From Candidatus Omnitrophota bacterium (GTDB lineage: Bacteria; Omnitrophota; Gorgyraeia; Gygaellales; Profunditerraquicolaceae): a stretch of 64,000 bases of DNA. Each line of letters starts with the position of its first letter. Positions within the stretch are counted from its first letter, which is position 1. A model generated the notes under the pieces. It was not told where the DNA came from. It searched no databases and was given only the letters and a program-made list of their open reading frames with translations. The stretch covers positions 12,749 through 76,748 of the forward strand of contig JBDRLN010000012.1 of the NCBI GenBank assembly GCA_043812955.1. Reading direction: 5' to 3'. Both the position numbers and the translations under genes were made by a program. Below are positions 37,017 through 46,826 of the stretch, piece by piece.

Positions 37017-39760
37017 TTATCCGCCTCATATTTCAATTCCAGAGAATTTGTTGCAGGTGGAATTCTTACGCTCTTTAAACCAGGCAATTGAATATCAATC
37101 GGGGGTTCTTTTGCAAACCAAAGTCCGTGCCATTCGACCAGGATATTTTGCCCCTGGGGTTTTAGGGAAATTTGAATATCTCCAAAACTTGTCGGCGCAG
37201 GCCCAAACGCAATCGTTTGATTTTTCGTAAGCCAGACCAGCGGTATTCCCGAACATAAAATTAATCGGTTGCCTTCTTCGCGCACAAAACAATTTCTTAT
37301 CATCATTACCCATTCTGCTGCGGCCCAGACTTGCTGCCCGTCTCCCATACATCCTCCGCCCGTACGCGGATGTATTGACTCAGGCCATTGTCCCGTGGGT
37401 GAAGCCAATTTTGCCACCGCTGTCATCAAACCAAAATACCTGGGATCCCCCGCACGCAAAAGCACTTGAGCCAAATGCAATGTAAGGTAAGTATTTATCC
37501 CTGAATGGGTCATGTCATGGAAAAATCCTCCGTGAACCAAACAATTTTTCATTAAAAAATCAGCTGTGTCTAAAATCCTTGGATCGTTCTCTTTAAAAAC
37601 ACGGAGCGGATAACTGGCAGCCAAAGAGCCGATCGCTCCTGAATCCAAACGCCGATAAGGAGAAGCTGGCATCGCAGGCCTTTTTAAACGAACATCTACT
37701 TGCTTTAAACTTTGATTAATACTCTCCAGTAGCGCGTTTGACTCCTTTTCAAACAAATTAGCCTCATCATTATCCTTGTAAGCAGCACACATTAAGGCCG
37801 CTGCTTTTAATCCCTCAACACCCCAAAAATCATCCCAATAATAAAAATCATTCGGCCCCAAATGCTCGGCGCTAAATCCCGAAGGTAATAAGCCTGCATG
37901 GGGAGATTGTAAATTACTAGGCAAACGCTTTTTATAAATCCACTTACCCGCCTTAGTAATTGATTCTTTCCACTCTCTTGGCGGAATATTTCCTGACATC
38001 TGGCAATACTGACGCATAATCCATAAGGCCTCGCCGTTAGAATCCCATTCCCCTTCCTGAGAGAGGAAATAACCTTGGGCTGTCTGACGGGCGCGGAAAC
38101 AATCCAAGGAGCGTCGAACACGCTCCTTGAACCCGACACATAACAAGGCATTTAATATGAAAGCGGCATCGCGAAACCAAAACTGCCGGTAAATATAAGG
38201 CCCAGGATAAACTTCCTTGGGAGAATGCAAAACCATGGTGTAGATAGCGGCTTCGTAAAGAAACTTAAAAAATTCATCAGGAATCTGCAAAGAACATACG
38301 CCTTGAAGACTTTTCTTCCATGCTAGTTTCGCAGTTTCTTGATAGCTCAAAAGGGATTTTTTTTCATATTTGTTTTTCGTTAAAGGTACGGACATAGTAA
38401 TTTCTTCTGATTTATTCGCCTCCAATATATAAACGGCTGCTGCGCTGGCCATACCCACTTTACATGAAATTTCTTTTTCATACATTCGCCCGCCGCAAGA
38501 ACCAACAGCGGGCTCAGTATTCCGCCCAAGGGACTCCTGACTTAATCCCTGATGGGCTCCATTTTCCTTGCAAGACAATCGGCTATAAACATCGCCTCGA
38601 TGATAATCCGAAAATACCCACTGATCCGGAGGCTTATCAAAATAGACAAAATTTTCTCGATTTACTTGCCAGCCTAACGAATCTTCAAAGAGTGTAATAC
38701 TATTTATAAAGCTCACCCCTTCGGGGTTATAAGGCCTGAGAGAAACAATTAACCGCGCCTTGACGCCAGCAGTTCCTGTGATTTTAACCTGGCAAAGAGG
38801 CGCTTGAATCGAACCTATAACTTGCGCTTCCAACCGGAGTTTTAATTGATCCAGACTTGATTCTGTAATCACACAAAGATTGTTATTCATAATCATCTTT
38901 TGTGATACACTTGGGCTACGCGACGGGATTAATGGCTCTCCCTCTTCTGGGATAATCCAAACATCAATAGACCAGCTATCGTAATAGGGAGTAACCAGGC
39001 CATGAGGGTCTACAAGAGAAAATTCGGCACTGTCGGGAACACCCAAAGCTGTCCAATTTCTATGGGTGAGATTAATTTGGGTCATAGAAAAAGAACGGGG
39101 GATAAACGCAACGTTACGAGGGTTATATTGACATTCGACCCAATACGGCCAGATCCAATCCAGGTTATGCTGGATGGCTAAACTATTTATCAAACCACGA
39201 GCGTGCAAGACAGCACCTAAACGCAACAGCTCCATCGGGACTGCCACCTCTGAGGGTTGGGCAAAATTCTGTAATTGAGAAAGAAGCTTAGTAGGATCTA
39301 AAAAACCGTGCTTACGCGCAGCATCTCTTACTAAAAATCTCCACGGGAACCATTTCCACCACACAAAATAACCTCCCTCTTTCTTTAAGGTTCTAAAAAC
39401 CCACCATTTAAAGCAACTATAGGTAAACAAGCCCGTTAATATCGTGGCAATGATTAAAGCTAATAAAACAGCACCGTGCCAAATTCTAAGAATAGTTTGA
39501 TTTGTTAAAACATTAATGCCTAAGGCTAAAGAATTAATCAGTGCATAGCGGCCGACTTCAGCAAACGATAACGGCTTGTTATATTTAAACGTCCAAAATT
39601 TAATAAGAAAAAACCCGGCAATACCCGCGCACGTAAACGAGATGCCTTTGGATAAGCTAAAGGGAAGAAAATGAAATAAAATATAATAAATACTAAAGTC
39701 TGTTGCATTGATAATAGCCCCCGCAATTAAAAACCGGATTATCTCTTTTTTAGTATTCAT
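37013..39760 (-). CDS. GtrA-like membrane domain fused to a six-hairpin glycosidase-like domain
   Basis: RFLIAGAII...F..IKFWTF GtrA pattern; FWFRDA, EWDSNG, SAEHLG; internal SD+GTG at 39364. Confidence 0.7.
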   Translation of the reverse strand: MNTKKEIIRFLIAGAIINATDFSIYYILFHFLPFSLSKGISFTCAGIAGFFLIKFWTFKYNKPLSFAEVGRYALINSLALGINVLTNQTILRIWHGAVLLALIIATILTGLFTYSCFKWWVFRTLKKEGGYFVWWKWFPWRFLVRDAARKHGFLDPTKLLSQLQNFAQPSEVAVPMELLRLGAVLHARGLINSLAIQHNLDWIWPYWVECQYNPRNVAFIPRSFSMTQINLTHRNWTALGVPDSAEFSLVDPHGLVTPYYDSWSIDVWIIPEEGEPLIPSRSPSVSQKMIMNNNLCVITESSLDQLKLRLEAQVIGSIQAPLCQVKITGTAGVKARLIVSLRPYNPEGVSFINSITLFEDSLGWQVNRENFVYFDKPPDQWVFSDYHRGDVYSRLSCKENGAHQGLSQESLGRNTEPAVGSCGGRMYEKEISCKVGMASAAAVYILEANKSEEITMSVPLTKNKYEKKSLLSYQETAKLAWKKSLQGVCSLQIPDEFFKFLYEAAIYTMVLHSPKEVYPGPYIYRQFWFRDAAFILNALLCVGFKERVRRSLDCFRARQTAQGYFLSQEGEWDSNGEALWIMRQYCQMSGNIPPREWKESITKAGKWIYKKRLPSNLQSPHAGLLPSGFSAEHLGPNDFYYWDDFWGVEGLKAAALMCAAYKDNDEANLFEKESNALLESINQSLKQVDVRLKRPAMPASPYRRLDSGAIGSLAASYPLRVFKENDPRILDTADFLMKNCLVHGGFFHDMTHSGINTYLTLHLAQVLLRAGDPRYFGLMTAVAKLASPTGQWPESIHPRTGGGCMGDGQQVWAAAEWVMMIRNCFVREEGNRLILCSGIPLVWLTKNQTIAFGPAPTSFGDIQISLKPQGQNILVEWHGLWFAKEPPIDIQLPGLKSVRIPPATNSLELKYEADK

Positions 39761-39781
39761 ACTTATGTAAAATTTATCTTC

Positions 39782-41077
39782 CTAAGACGATGGGGCCTGC
39801 AACAACCCATGCTTGTCAGAGTTTAGCCTTATCCATTGCTTAATAATAAAATAACCCATGAAGCGAAAGATAGCATTTCTTAAGCGAAGCTTAAAGAGCA
39901 GTGAAATTGACCTGCGAAGAGAATAGAATTTAGTATATGCCTTAAGCACGCAAAGTTGTAATTCTTGGGCAGATAATAATTTTGGCTTAAAAACAATATG
40001 TTGGCCGTCATAAAAGCTCCAATCTTTGCTGAAAATCCTTTTTTGAGCTTCCAGTTCCTGATAAACTTTAGTCCCGGGAAAAGGAGTGAGGACTGCCATT
40101 TGAATGGTATCTATTTTATGCTTTATAGCAAACCTCAAGGTTTCCCAAACCGTATTTTTGTTATCATCTTCTCCTCCCAAAACAAACATGCCGTGGATTT
40201 TTATTCTTTTTTGATGAAAAGAGCGAATAGCATTAACAATTTCTTCGATGGTTTGGTTCTTTTGATAAGCCTTAAGAGTCCTGGGATTAATAGATTCAAA
40301 GCCTATACAGACAAGTTTACATCCTGCCCGAGCCATAAGATTTAACAGCCCATTATCTTTGGCAACGTCACAACGCACCTGGCAGCTCCAATTACTTATT
40401 TTATGTTTTAACAAAAGTTCCAATAAGCGCTTTGTACGTTTAGTATGCGCGGTAAAATTATCATCGCAGAAAAAGAAGGATTTTGTATTCCTGGATTTCA
40501 TTTCATTGACAATATTTTCAGCGCTGCGGAAACGGTATTTGCGGCCGAACATCTTTGTGACTGAACAAAAACTGCAATCAAAAGGACAGCCCCTGGAGGT
40601 AGAAATAGGGTGCAATGGAGAAGGCAGCTTAAATCCTTTAATCAATGAAAAATCCGGGATTGGCAGGATATCCAGGTCCGCAACCGGCTTACCAAAAACA
40701 ATCGGCTCTGTCCTTCTACCCTCAACCACATCAATGATAACCTCCTCAGCCTCTCCTACCACAACTTGTCTGGCAAACTCCAGCGCCTCATCAGGCATAA
40801 GACTTGCATGGACTCCGCCTATGATCACTTTTTCTTTAAGGAATCTTTTGGCTATTTCATAACCGCGCTTGGCTGTTGGAGTCAATATAGAAATACCGAT
40901 AAGATCCGCCTTTAAACTCGCATAATCAGGCGCAAGGATATTTTCGTTATATACCTCGACCTCATGACCCCTATTTTTTAAAATAGTCCCCAGATAAACA
41001 GGGCCCAATAAGGGCATGGGTATTTTACTATAGACATTTGCCTCGCACGCGCGAGGCTCAATAAGCACGATTTTCAT
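39782..41077 (-). CDS. Cobalamin-binding radical SAM protein
   Basis: N-terminal B12-binding region (GGVHAS), SRGCPFDCSFC, TPFPGT. Confidence 0.92.
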   Translation of the reverse strand: MKIVLIEPRACEANVYSKIPMPLLGPVYLGTILKNRGHEVEVYNENILAPDYASLKADLIGISILTPTAKRGYEIAKRFLKEKVIIGGVHASLMPDEALEFARQVVVGEAEEVIIDVVEGRRTEPIVFGKPVADLDILPIPDFSLIKGFKLPSPLHPISTSRGCPFDCSFCSVTKMFGRKYRFRSAENIVNEMKSRNTKSFFFCDDNFTAHTKRTKRLLELLLKHKISNWSCQVRCDVAKDNGLLNLMARAGCKLVCIGFESINPRTLKAYQKNQTIEEIVNAIRSFHQKRIKIHGMFVLGGEDDNKNTVWETLRFAIKHKIDTIQMAVLTPFPGTKVYQELEAQKRIFSKDWSFYDGQHIVFKPKLLSAQELQLCVLKAYTKFYSLRRSISLLFKLRLRNAIFRFMGYFIIKQWIRLNSDKHGLLQAPSS

Positions 41078-41165
41078 TTTTATAGTTTATTAGAGTGACC
41101 GTCTCTATATCAACTAACGCCCCCGCAAATCATTGGTGGGGGGCGCTAGCAAGAATATAATCCTC

Positions 41166-41285
41166 TTAAGACTTCATGATGTTTCGGCCTGCTCGACGAT
41201 TTTTAACCATTCCCTTACCGCCAGGACTCTTCTTAGCACGCCTCTTGGCTGCAGTCATTCTGCCTCCCCTGCTTTTCTTTGCCAT
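41166..41285 (-). CDS. Unannotated 39-aa highly basic small protein
   Basis: MAKKSRGGRMTAAKRRAKKSPGGKGMVKNRRAGRNIMKS, with perfect SD AAGGAGGTGA. Confidence 0.65.
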   Translation of the reverse strand: MAKKSRGGRMTAAKRRAKKSPGGKGMVKNRRAGRNIMKS

Positions 41286-41348
41286 TTTTCAATCACCTCC
41301 TTCCGCAAAAAGCGTAACACCGGACGATCCGATACGGCCGGGTGTATT

Positions 41349-42560
41349 TTATTTACCCTCTGCCACAAGTCCGGGCGGAGCCTTGTGCCACTTATACCCA
41401 ACTGCTGCGTCGTCATATCCGCGCTTAAAAAGCCTCTTCATTTCCTGCTTATCAAACATCTCTTTTTGATTAGGCTTAAAATCATCTGGAATATACGCTA
41501 AATTATAATCCCATCCTCTTTCCTTCGCGAATGCGTAAATCCTGTAAGTGTCCCCGGCCATTTTTGACGCTCCATTGGTTTCAATCAAACGCGAAGTTAT
41601 CGCCGGCAGATTTACTTCTATCTGTTTGGAGTGCGGCGACATATAACAACAATTTAGGATATAAACCCGAGTCCTGAATCCTTCCTGATTGATCTCGGAT
41701 GATTGAACCGTAGATCCCCCCCCTTCCATTAGCTGATGAATATAAAAAAGCCCGCCAATAACCCCGCCGTCAGCATGCATCTCGTCATAACGCCTACCGC
41801 CGGCTTCAACTTGAAAATAGACCGGAGGAAGCATAGCTGAAAACGAGCAGGAGGCCAAAATTATTTTGCGGAACATTTTCATTGAATCGAGGCTTCCTCG
41901 GGATGCCAGCGCTCCCATGTCCCATATAACAAACCCCTGGGCGTCAAGATCCGAGGTTCCTACATATAGCCTGCGCCCTTTCCTATGCTCTTCGGCGATC
42001 CGCGCCATTAAATCCTCATCCACAATATCATCGATTTTTTTAGCGAACAGGGCTGAGCTATACACAGAATCTCCGAACAGAATGCCAAAAATACTCTTTG
42101 GTCTCACAACATCTTTGGTCGATATTGAGGTAAACAGGTCCGCAAGCCGGTCTTCATAGTCTTTTCCTGAAAACGCGGCAAGAGCGATGATCGATCCACT
42201 GGAATAGCCTGTAACTATCTTAAATACCGGCCGAGAGCCTTCCTTTGACCACCCGTGCAATAGCCCTATACCGTAAGCGCTGTTGGATACACCGCCTCCG
42301 ATTATAAGCACAGGGTACGTCTTGATACCGTCAACTAAATAGTCTGATTTGCCTTCTTCTTTAAAGGAATCTACCAGGCTCTGCCGCATCAAATAGAAAG
42401 AATCGGGCTTACCTTCATAGTAGCGTATATCCGGCATACCGACAACGACGGCCTTGCCAACAAGATTTTCCGGTACAGCATGTCGCACATGGGCACACCC
42501 TGATGCTGCGAAAACACAGGTTATTATTATAAATAAATGATATAATTTCTTTTGTCTCAT
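41349..42560 (-). CDS. Patatin-like phospholipase lipoprotein
   Basis: Lipobox ASGC, GGG..AYG, GYSSG, DGG. Confidence 0.85.
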   Translation of the reverse strand: MRQKKLYHLFIIITCVFAASGCAHVRHAVPENLVGKAVVVGMPDIRYYEGKPDSFYLMRQSLVDSFKEEGKSDYLVDGIKTYPVLIIGGGVSNSAYGIGLLHGWSKEGSRPVFKIVTGYSSGSIIALAAFSGKDYEDRLADLFTSISTKDVVRPKSIFGILFGDSVYSSALFAKKIDDIVDEDLMARIAEEHRKGRRLYVGTSDLDAQGFVIWDMGALASRGSLDSMKMFRKIILASCSFSAMLPPVYFQVEAGGRRYDEMHADGGVIGGLFYIHQLMEGGGSTVQSSEINQEGFRTRVYILNCCYMSPHSKQIEVNLPAITSRLIETNGASKMAGDTYRIYAFAKERGWDYNLAYIPDDFKPNQKEMFDKQEMKRLFKRGYDDAAVGYKWHKAPPGLVAEGK

Positions 42561-42618
42561 ATTGTGTATCCTTAGTGTTGGGGAACGCCTATTAAAGAAA
42601 CTCTCCTAACCTCTCGAG

Positions 42619-42786
42619 CTATGTCTTCTTGCCAATTAAAAAATAAAGCGCCATACCGACAACAGGCAGGATAAGTATCAGCATAATCCACAATGCCTTT
42701 TTACCAGTGTCCATTGAACTTTTTAGAGCATCAACAATGGCGATAATGTCTAGAACTAAAACCAGTAACCCTAATATTCCTCCCAT
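42619..42786 (-). CDS. PLDc_N-domain small membrane protein
   Basis: MGGILGLLVLVLDIIAIVDALKSSMDTGKKALWIMLILILPVVGMALYFLIGKKT. Confidence 0.8.
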   Translation of the reverse strand: MGGILGLLVLVLDIIAIVDALKSSMDTGKKALWIMLILILPVVGMALYFLIGKKT

Positions 42787-42804
42787 AGACCTTCCTTCGA
42801 AGAA

Positions 42805-42969
42805 TTATACGGACCGTGTCCTTCCAAAAATAAAGATGATAACCGCCAAAACTAAGAAAATAAAGAACAAAATTTTAGCGATATCCATAGCCGAACCTGC
42901 AATCCGCGTAAATCCAAACAACGCCGCAACAATTGCGATAACCAAGAATGTAGCTGCCCATCGTAACAT
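42805..42969 (-). CDS. DUF1328 (YtjA/UPF0391) small membrane protein
   Basis: [41 protein letters not shown]. Confidence 0.88.
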   Translation of the reverse strand: MLRWAATFLVIAIVAALFGFTRIAGSAMDIAKILFFIFLVLAVIIFIFGRTRSV

Positions 42970-43024
42970 AGTACCCTCCCCGCCTGCCGATGAAGCAGGT
43001 CTTATTCTTATTTTATTTTACAAT

Positions 43025-43156
43025 TTATTTACCGATATTTTCAATATGCTTTCCCGTATTCTCTATATCTTTTCCTGCGCCTCTCATTGCGTTACAGCCT
43101 AAGAGTGAAGTCATTAAAATCAGGGCTAGCAAGCTCAATAAAGTAAGTTTTTTCAT
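43025..43156 (-). CDS. Entericidin EcnA/B-family lipoprotein
   Basis: LLGCNAMRGAGKDIENTGKHIE. Confidence 0.85.
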   Translation of the reverse strand: MKKLTLLSLLALILMTSLLGCNAMRGAGKDIENTGKHIENIGK

Positions 43157-43190
43157 ATTGTTCTCCCTTGTGTACAAACACAACATGCAC

Positions 43191-43454
43191 CTATACGTTC
43201 CTTACGACCAAGCGTGTCAGGCCCACTAAAATCACTGCGCCAGCAAGGGCCACTAAGAATGCGCCTACCGAACTACTGGTATATATTCCCATCCCTCTGG
43301 CAATCCATCCGCCAAGCATAGCTCCCACAATCCCGACCACGATATCTGCGATAAGCCCAAACCCCCGGCCTCTGACGATCAGCCCCGCCAACCACCCGAT
43401 CACCGCACCGATAAGGAGAAACCACGCCCAATATCCTGTAGTATTATATTCCAT
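43191..43454 (-). CDS. GlsB/YeaQ/YmgE transglycosylase-associated stress membrane protein
   Basis: IGWLAGLIV.G.GFGLIADIVVGIVGA. Confidence 0.9.
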   Translation of the reverse strand: MEYNTTGYWAWFLLIGAVIGWLAGLIVRGRGFGLIADIVVGIVGAMLGGWIARGMGIYTSSSVGAFLVALAGAVILVGLTRLVVRNV

Positions 43455-43466
43455 GTTCGTTTCCTC

Positions 43467-43486
43467 CCTGCCTGCCGACAGGCAGG
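43467..43486. repeat. CCTGCCTGCCGACAGGCAGG palindrome
   Basis: Same family as 25486; abuts the SD. Confidence 0.85.
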
Positions 43487-43517
43487 CTTTTTGTTGTTAC
43501 CTGTTACCGTTTTTTAT

Positions 43518-43913
43518 TTATATCTCTCCTTTCTTTTTAAACGCACTATTAATAAGATCAACCAGCGCCTGGTCATTAAACGGTTTTTGTAAAAAACCTA
43601 CGGCCCCTGCATTTATAGCCTTCTTATTAAGCCTATAATTTTTATCCGCCGACATCATAATAATCGGGCGGCTAGAACCTGATTTAATAAGTTGCTGCTG
43701 CGTTTCCCATCCGTCTAATCCCGGCATATGGATATCCAGGAGTAAACAACCGGGAACGCTATTGGGCACAGCGCAAAAAAATTCTCCTGCGGAAGTAAAG
43801 GTATCCACAGTAAACCCGTACGTAGCCAGCAGGATGCTGAGCGCGCGGCATACTGAGATATCGTCATCCACAATAAAAATTTGTTTATTCCCCGGTGACA
43901 TTTTCTTTTCCAT
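43518..43913 (-). CDS. Single-domain response regulator (FixJ-associated type)
   Basis: IVDDD, LLDIHMP, QKPF. Confidence 0.9.
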   Translation of the reverse strand: MEKKMSPGNKQIFIVDDDISVCRALSILLATYGFTVDTFTSAGEFFCAVPNSVPGCLLLDIHMPGLDGWETQQQLIKSGSSRPIIMMSADKNYRLNKKAINAGAVGFLQKPFNDQALVDLINSAFKKKGEI

Positions 43914-43956
43914 CCTTACGTTACACCTTATCTTACTTGTAATGCTATTATTTGTA

Positions 43957-44355
43957 CTATTTAAGATTATTTTCTTGTTCAGTAATTTTAGCAGCCTTAA
44001 CTCCGCCTCCGGGATTGACAGTCTCTAGAAATTCATATGATGGTTGAGCATAGACCCTATTTTTATCCCGCTGGACTAACTTACCGTCAAGAAAAAATAC
44101 TTCTGAATATATAATGCCCAGCGCGTTCATTTTCTCTATTTTTGACCTATTATTATTCGGATATTCCCAAACCTCATATTTTTTATTGTCTACTACCAGC
44201 GTACTTATTTTTTGCGGCTCCCCGATCTTGCGGATCACCTCTTCTTTGGACATTCCATACGTTAAGTCCATGTGTTCGGCTTGGTCAAAATTTTGAAAGA
44301 TAAAACCGCATCCCGATAACACCATCAATAAGAAAAAAACTATTAAGTTTCTCAT
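43957..44355 (-). CDS. Lipoprotein, SmpA/BamE-like
   Basis: Lipobox LSGC, GMSKEEVIRKIGEP, EVWEY. Confidence 0.65.
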   Translation of the reverse strand: MRNLIVFFLLMVLSGCGFIFQNFDQAEHMDLTYGMSKEEVIRKIGEPQKISTLVVDNKKYEVWEYPNNNRSKIEKMNALGIIYSEVFFLDGKLVQRDKNRVYAQPSYEFLETVNPGGGVKAAKITEQENNLK

Positions 44356-44405
44356 ATCTAACCCCCCTAAAATAAGACATCGAATTAGAAATAGCTTATG
44401 ATGGC

Positions 44406-44454
44406 ATTATAGAAATATATCAGAATAAAATCAATTGTACCTGGGTATAATCGA
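44406..44454 (-). promoter_or_regulatory. Sigma70-type promoter with palindromic operator over the -35
   Basis: TTGATT-17-TATAAT; operator TCAATTGTACCTGGGTATAATCGA at 44431-44454. Confidence 0.65.
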
Positions 44455-44516
44455 AAGGTTTTACGGTGCTAGTAGAGAAGATTGTATCGTTGAAGTGATT
44501 GATAAGAAATTAACGC

Positions 44517-45137
44517 TCAGGAGGAAGTAATGCCGCACTTTTCGGCGAAACGGATGAGCTCAGTCACGGTTTTAGCCTGCATCTTCTGCATGACCCGGCT
44601 GCGGTGAACTTTGATCGTCTGGAGGGCTGTTCCCCGCTTTCGGGCAATCTGCTTGCTCAGCATCCCCTTGGCTACGAGTCGAAAAACCTCTAGTTCTCGC
44701 GGAGACAAGGTTTTAATGCGGCGCTTAATCTTTGATATTACGGCTTGTTCTTTATCTTGAGCTTTGCTTTTTAAGATGGCTTGCGTAATGGCACTAAGTA
44801 GCTTCTTCTTAGTAAAGGGTTTGGGAAGAAAATCAATAGCCCCTGCCTTCATGCCTTTGACGCTCATCGGAATATCACCATGTCCCGTAATAAAGACAAT
44901 AGGGATGGTGAGTTTCCGTGCTGCCATGGCATCCTGAAGCGCAAATCCATTGATATCCGGTAGCTGGATATCCAAAACCAAGCACGACGGAAATTTAAGG
45001 TGCTTAAATGCCAGGAAGTCTGCTGCACGCATAAACGTCTCGACCTCAAACCCGTGTGATTTTAACAATAAGGATAGGGCCCTGCACACGGAAACATCGT
45101 CATCAACGATATAGATAATAGGCCTGCGGTTGTTCAC
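44517..45137 (-). CDS. FixJ-like response regulator (REC + LuxR HTH)
   Basis: ITGHGDIPMSVKGMKAGAIDFLPKP, LSPRELEV, TIKVHRSRVMQKM. Confidence 0.92.
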   Translation of the reverse strand: MNNRRPIIYIVDDDVSVCRALSLLLKSHGFEVETFMRAADFLAFKHLKFPSCLVLDIQLPDINGFALQDAMAARKLTIPIVFITGHGDIPMSVKGMKAGAIDFLPKPFTKKKLLSAITQAILKSKAQDKEQAVISKIKRRIKTLSPRELEVFRLVAKGMLSKQIARKRGTALQTIKVHRSRVMQKMQAKTVTELIRFAEKCGITSS

Positions 45138-46081
45138 TAAACATCCTTCTTATTAACAGGAAGGGTAAAATAAAAAGTTGCCCCGCGATCAGGATTATTT
45201 TTTACATCCAATCGCCCGCCATGCCCCTCAATAATAGAACGGCTGATAGACAACCCCATACCCAAACCATCTGGCTTGCTGGTAAAAAATCGGGTGAATA
45301 GCTTAGGCATATTGTGTATAGGTATTCCACATCCGGAATCCTTCACCTCCACGATAATCGTGTCGGTATCTAAAAGCTTTGTGCGAATCAATATGTTACG
45401 GGCACCTTTACTACTCTCCAAGGCATCGAAACTATTGCTAATAAGATTCAGGAAAACCTGCTGCAGCTGTATTCGGTCGCCACAGACAAGCGGGATATTA
45501 GTATCCAACTCAGTTTTAATGATACTGTTCCTCACGGTGGCATCAGTGGCAATAAGCACGATAGTTTCGTTAATAAGAGCATTAATATCTATGGGCTTCC
45601 TTTCAGGCTTATTCTTCTTTAACAGTGAGCGTAATCGCTGGATGACATCAGTCGCCCGCTGGCCATCATTAATGATGTACTGAAGAATCTCCTGGAGTTT
45701 AGGCTCCCTGCCTACGAGCATGCGTTTGGCAGCCTGAGCGTAGGAAAGAATGGCCGTAAGAGGCTGGCTAATCTCATGAGCCAAAGACGAAACAAATTCC
45801 GCAAGTTTTCCCACCCTCGTGACGTGCAAAAGCTCCTGGCGCTGTTCATCAATCTCTTTCATACGAATCTGGATCTGCGCTTCTGAGCATATCTGTTTCT
45901 CGGCCCCAATCCTCAATTGCCCATTTCTTACCTTCAGCTCATCGGTTTGCTGCCGGATTTTATCTTTCAAATCGCTACGGTTTTTACGTAAACTAGCGAC
46001 TACCTCCTCAAGACGCACGCTCTCCCTGTTTCGGATTTTATTTCTCAATACGGGCTTTTTCGTTTTCTTTTTAATTTTCAT
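45137..46081 (-). CDS. FixL-like histidine kinase core without a sensor domain
   Basis: AHEISQPL, QQVFLNLISN, GLGMGLSISRSII. Confidence 0.88.
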   Translation of the reverse strand: MKIKKKTKKPVLRNKIRNRESVRLEEVVASLRKNRSDLKDKIRQQTDELKVRNGQLRIGAEKQICSEAQIQIRMKEIDEQRQELLHVTRVGKLAEFVSSLAHEISQPLTAILSYAQAAKRMLVGREPKLQEILQYIINDGQRATDVIQRLRSLLKKNKPERKPIDINALINETIVLIATDATVRNSIIKTELDTNIPLVCGDRIQLQQVFLNLISNSFDALESSKGARNILIRTKLLDTDTIIVEVKDSGCGIPIHNMPKLFTRFFTSKPDGLGMGLSISRSIIEGHGGRLDVKNNPDRGATFYFTLPVNKKDV

Positions 46082-46232
46082 TTATTGTTGTTTGCCGATC
46101 TTTTTGCCCAATAAGAAGAATACCCTATGGCTACATAACCCTTAGGATATATTTTACTACTAAAAAAAAACTCTTCAATAAATTTTATACATAAGCTCGG
46201 GTGCTGCCGGTGCATTGCCTTCTGCAATCAAA

Positions 46233-46262
46233 AGGCTATTGATCGTATTTGATCAATAGCCT
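46233..46262 (-). terminator. Hairpin, probable terminator
   Basis: 12-bp arms AGGCTATTGATC / GATCAATAGCCT. Confidence 0.55.
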
Positions 46263-46307
46263 ATAAACTCTCCCAATTTTTCTACACCTTAGGTGCGGGG
46301 TTATTCC

Positions 46308-46763
46308 TTACTCAACTTCACGCAGTCTTTTTGCGGCTTCTTCGAGCGCTTTGCGCGCCTGGTCTCTTACATTAATCCAATTACCCTGATTAGCGGCACT
46401 TACCATCACTAATTGCTCGGAAAGACCTTGCTTTATATGCTCGAGCGTATTTATATCAGCCTTAACTTTTTCTGTCTGCCCTTGGCGTTGTCGTTGCGTT
46501 ATATTAGCATCTACAAGCTCGATTTTTCTTTGCAATACTTTTGTAAACTTATCCTTTTGCTTATAGGGATAGTTTTTTAGAATCTCAAACACAAGCTGAT
46601 TGGGGTCCTCTTTGTTGCCTGACGTATTTTCTTTTATACTGCATTTGCTAGAATTGGCAAGGTTATAATAATCCCGCGGTTCACAAAGTTCGATTGCATA
46701 CACTTGGCATAAAAATTGTGACCCTAAAAATAACGCTGCACCTGCCACATAGAGTATCTTCAT
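46308..46763 (-). CDS. Secreted coiled-coil hypothetical protein
   Basis: Signal peptide, helical C-terminus. Confidence 0.6.
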   Translation of the reverse strand: MKILYVAGAALFLGSQFLCQVYAIELCEPRDYYNLANSSKCSIKENTSGNKEDPNQLVFEILKNYPYKQKDKFTKVLQRKIELVDANITQRQRQGQTEKVKADINTLEHIKQGLSEQLVMVSAANQGNWINVRDQARKALEEAAKRLREVE

Positions 46764-46826
46764 CCTTATCTCCTTTACTTTATTGCCATATTAAAAATAT
46801 CTTTTTCATTCGGTTTTTTCTGAAAC

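Noticed and set aside
46233-46262. Possible FNR box (TTGAT...ATCAA)
   Set aside because: Spacing is 8 nt rather than 4; better explained as a terminator hairpin
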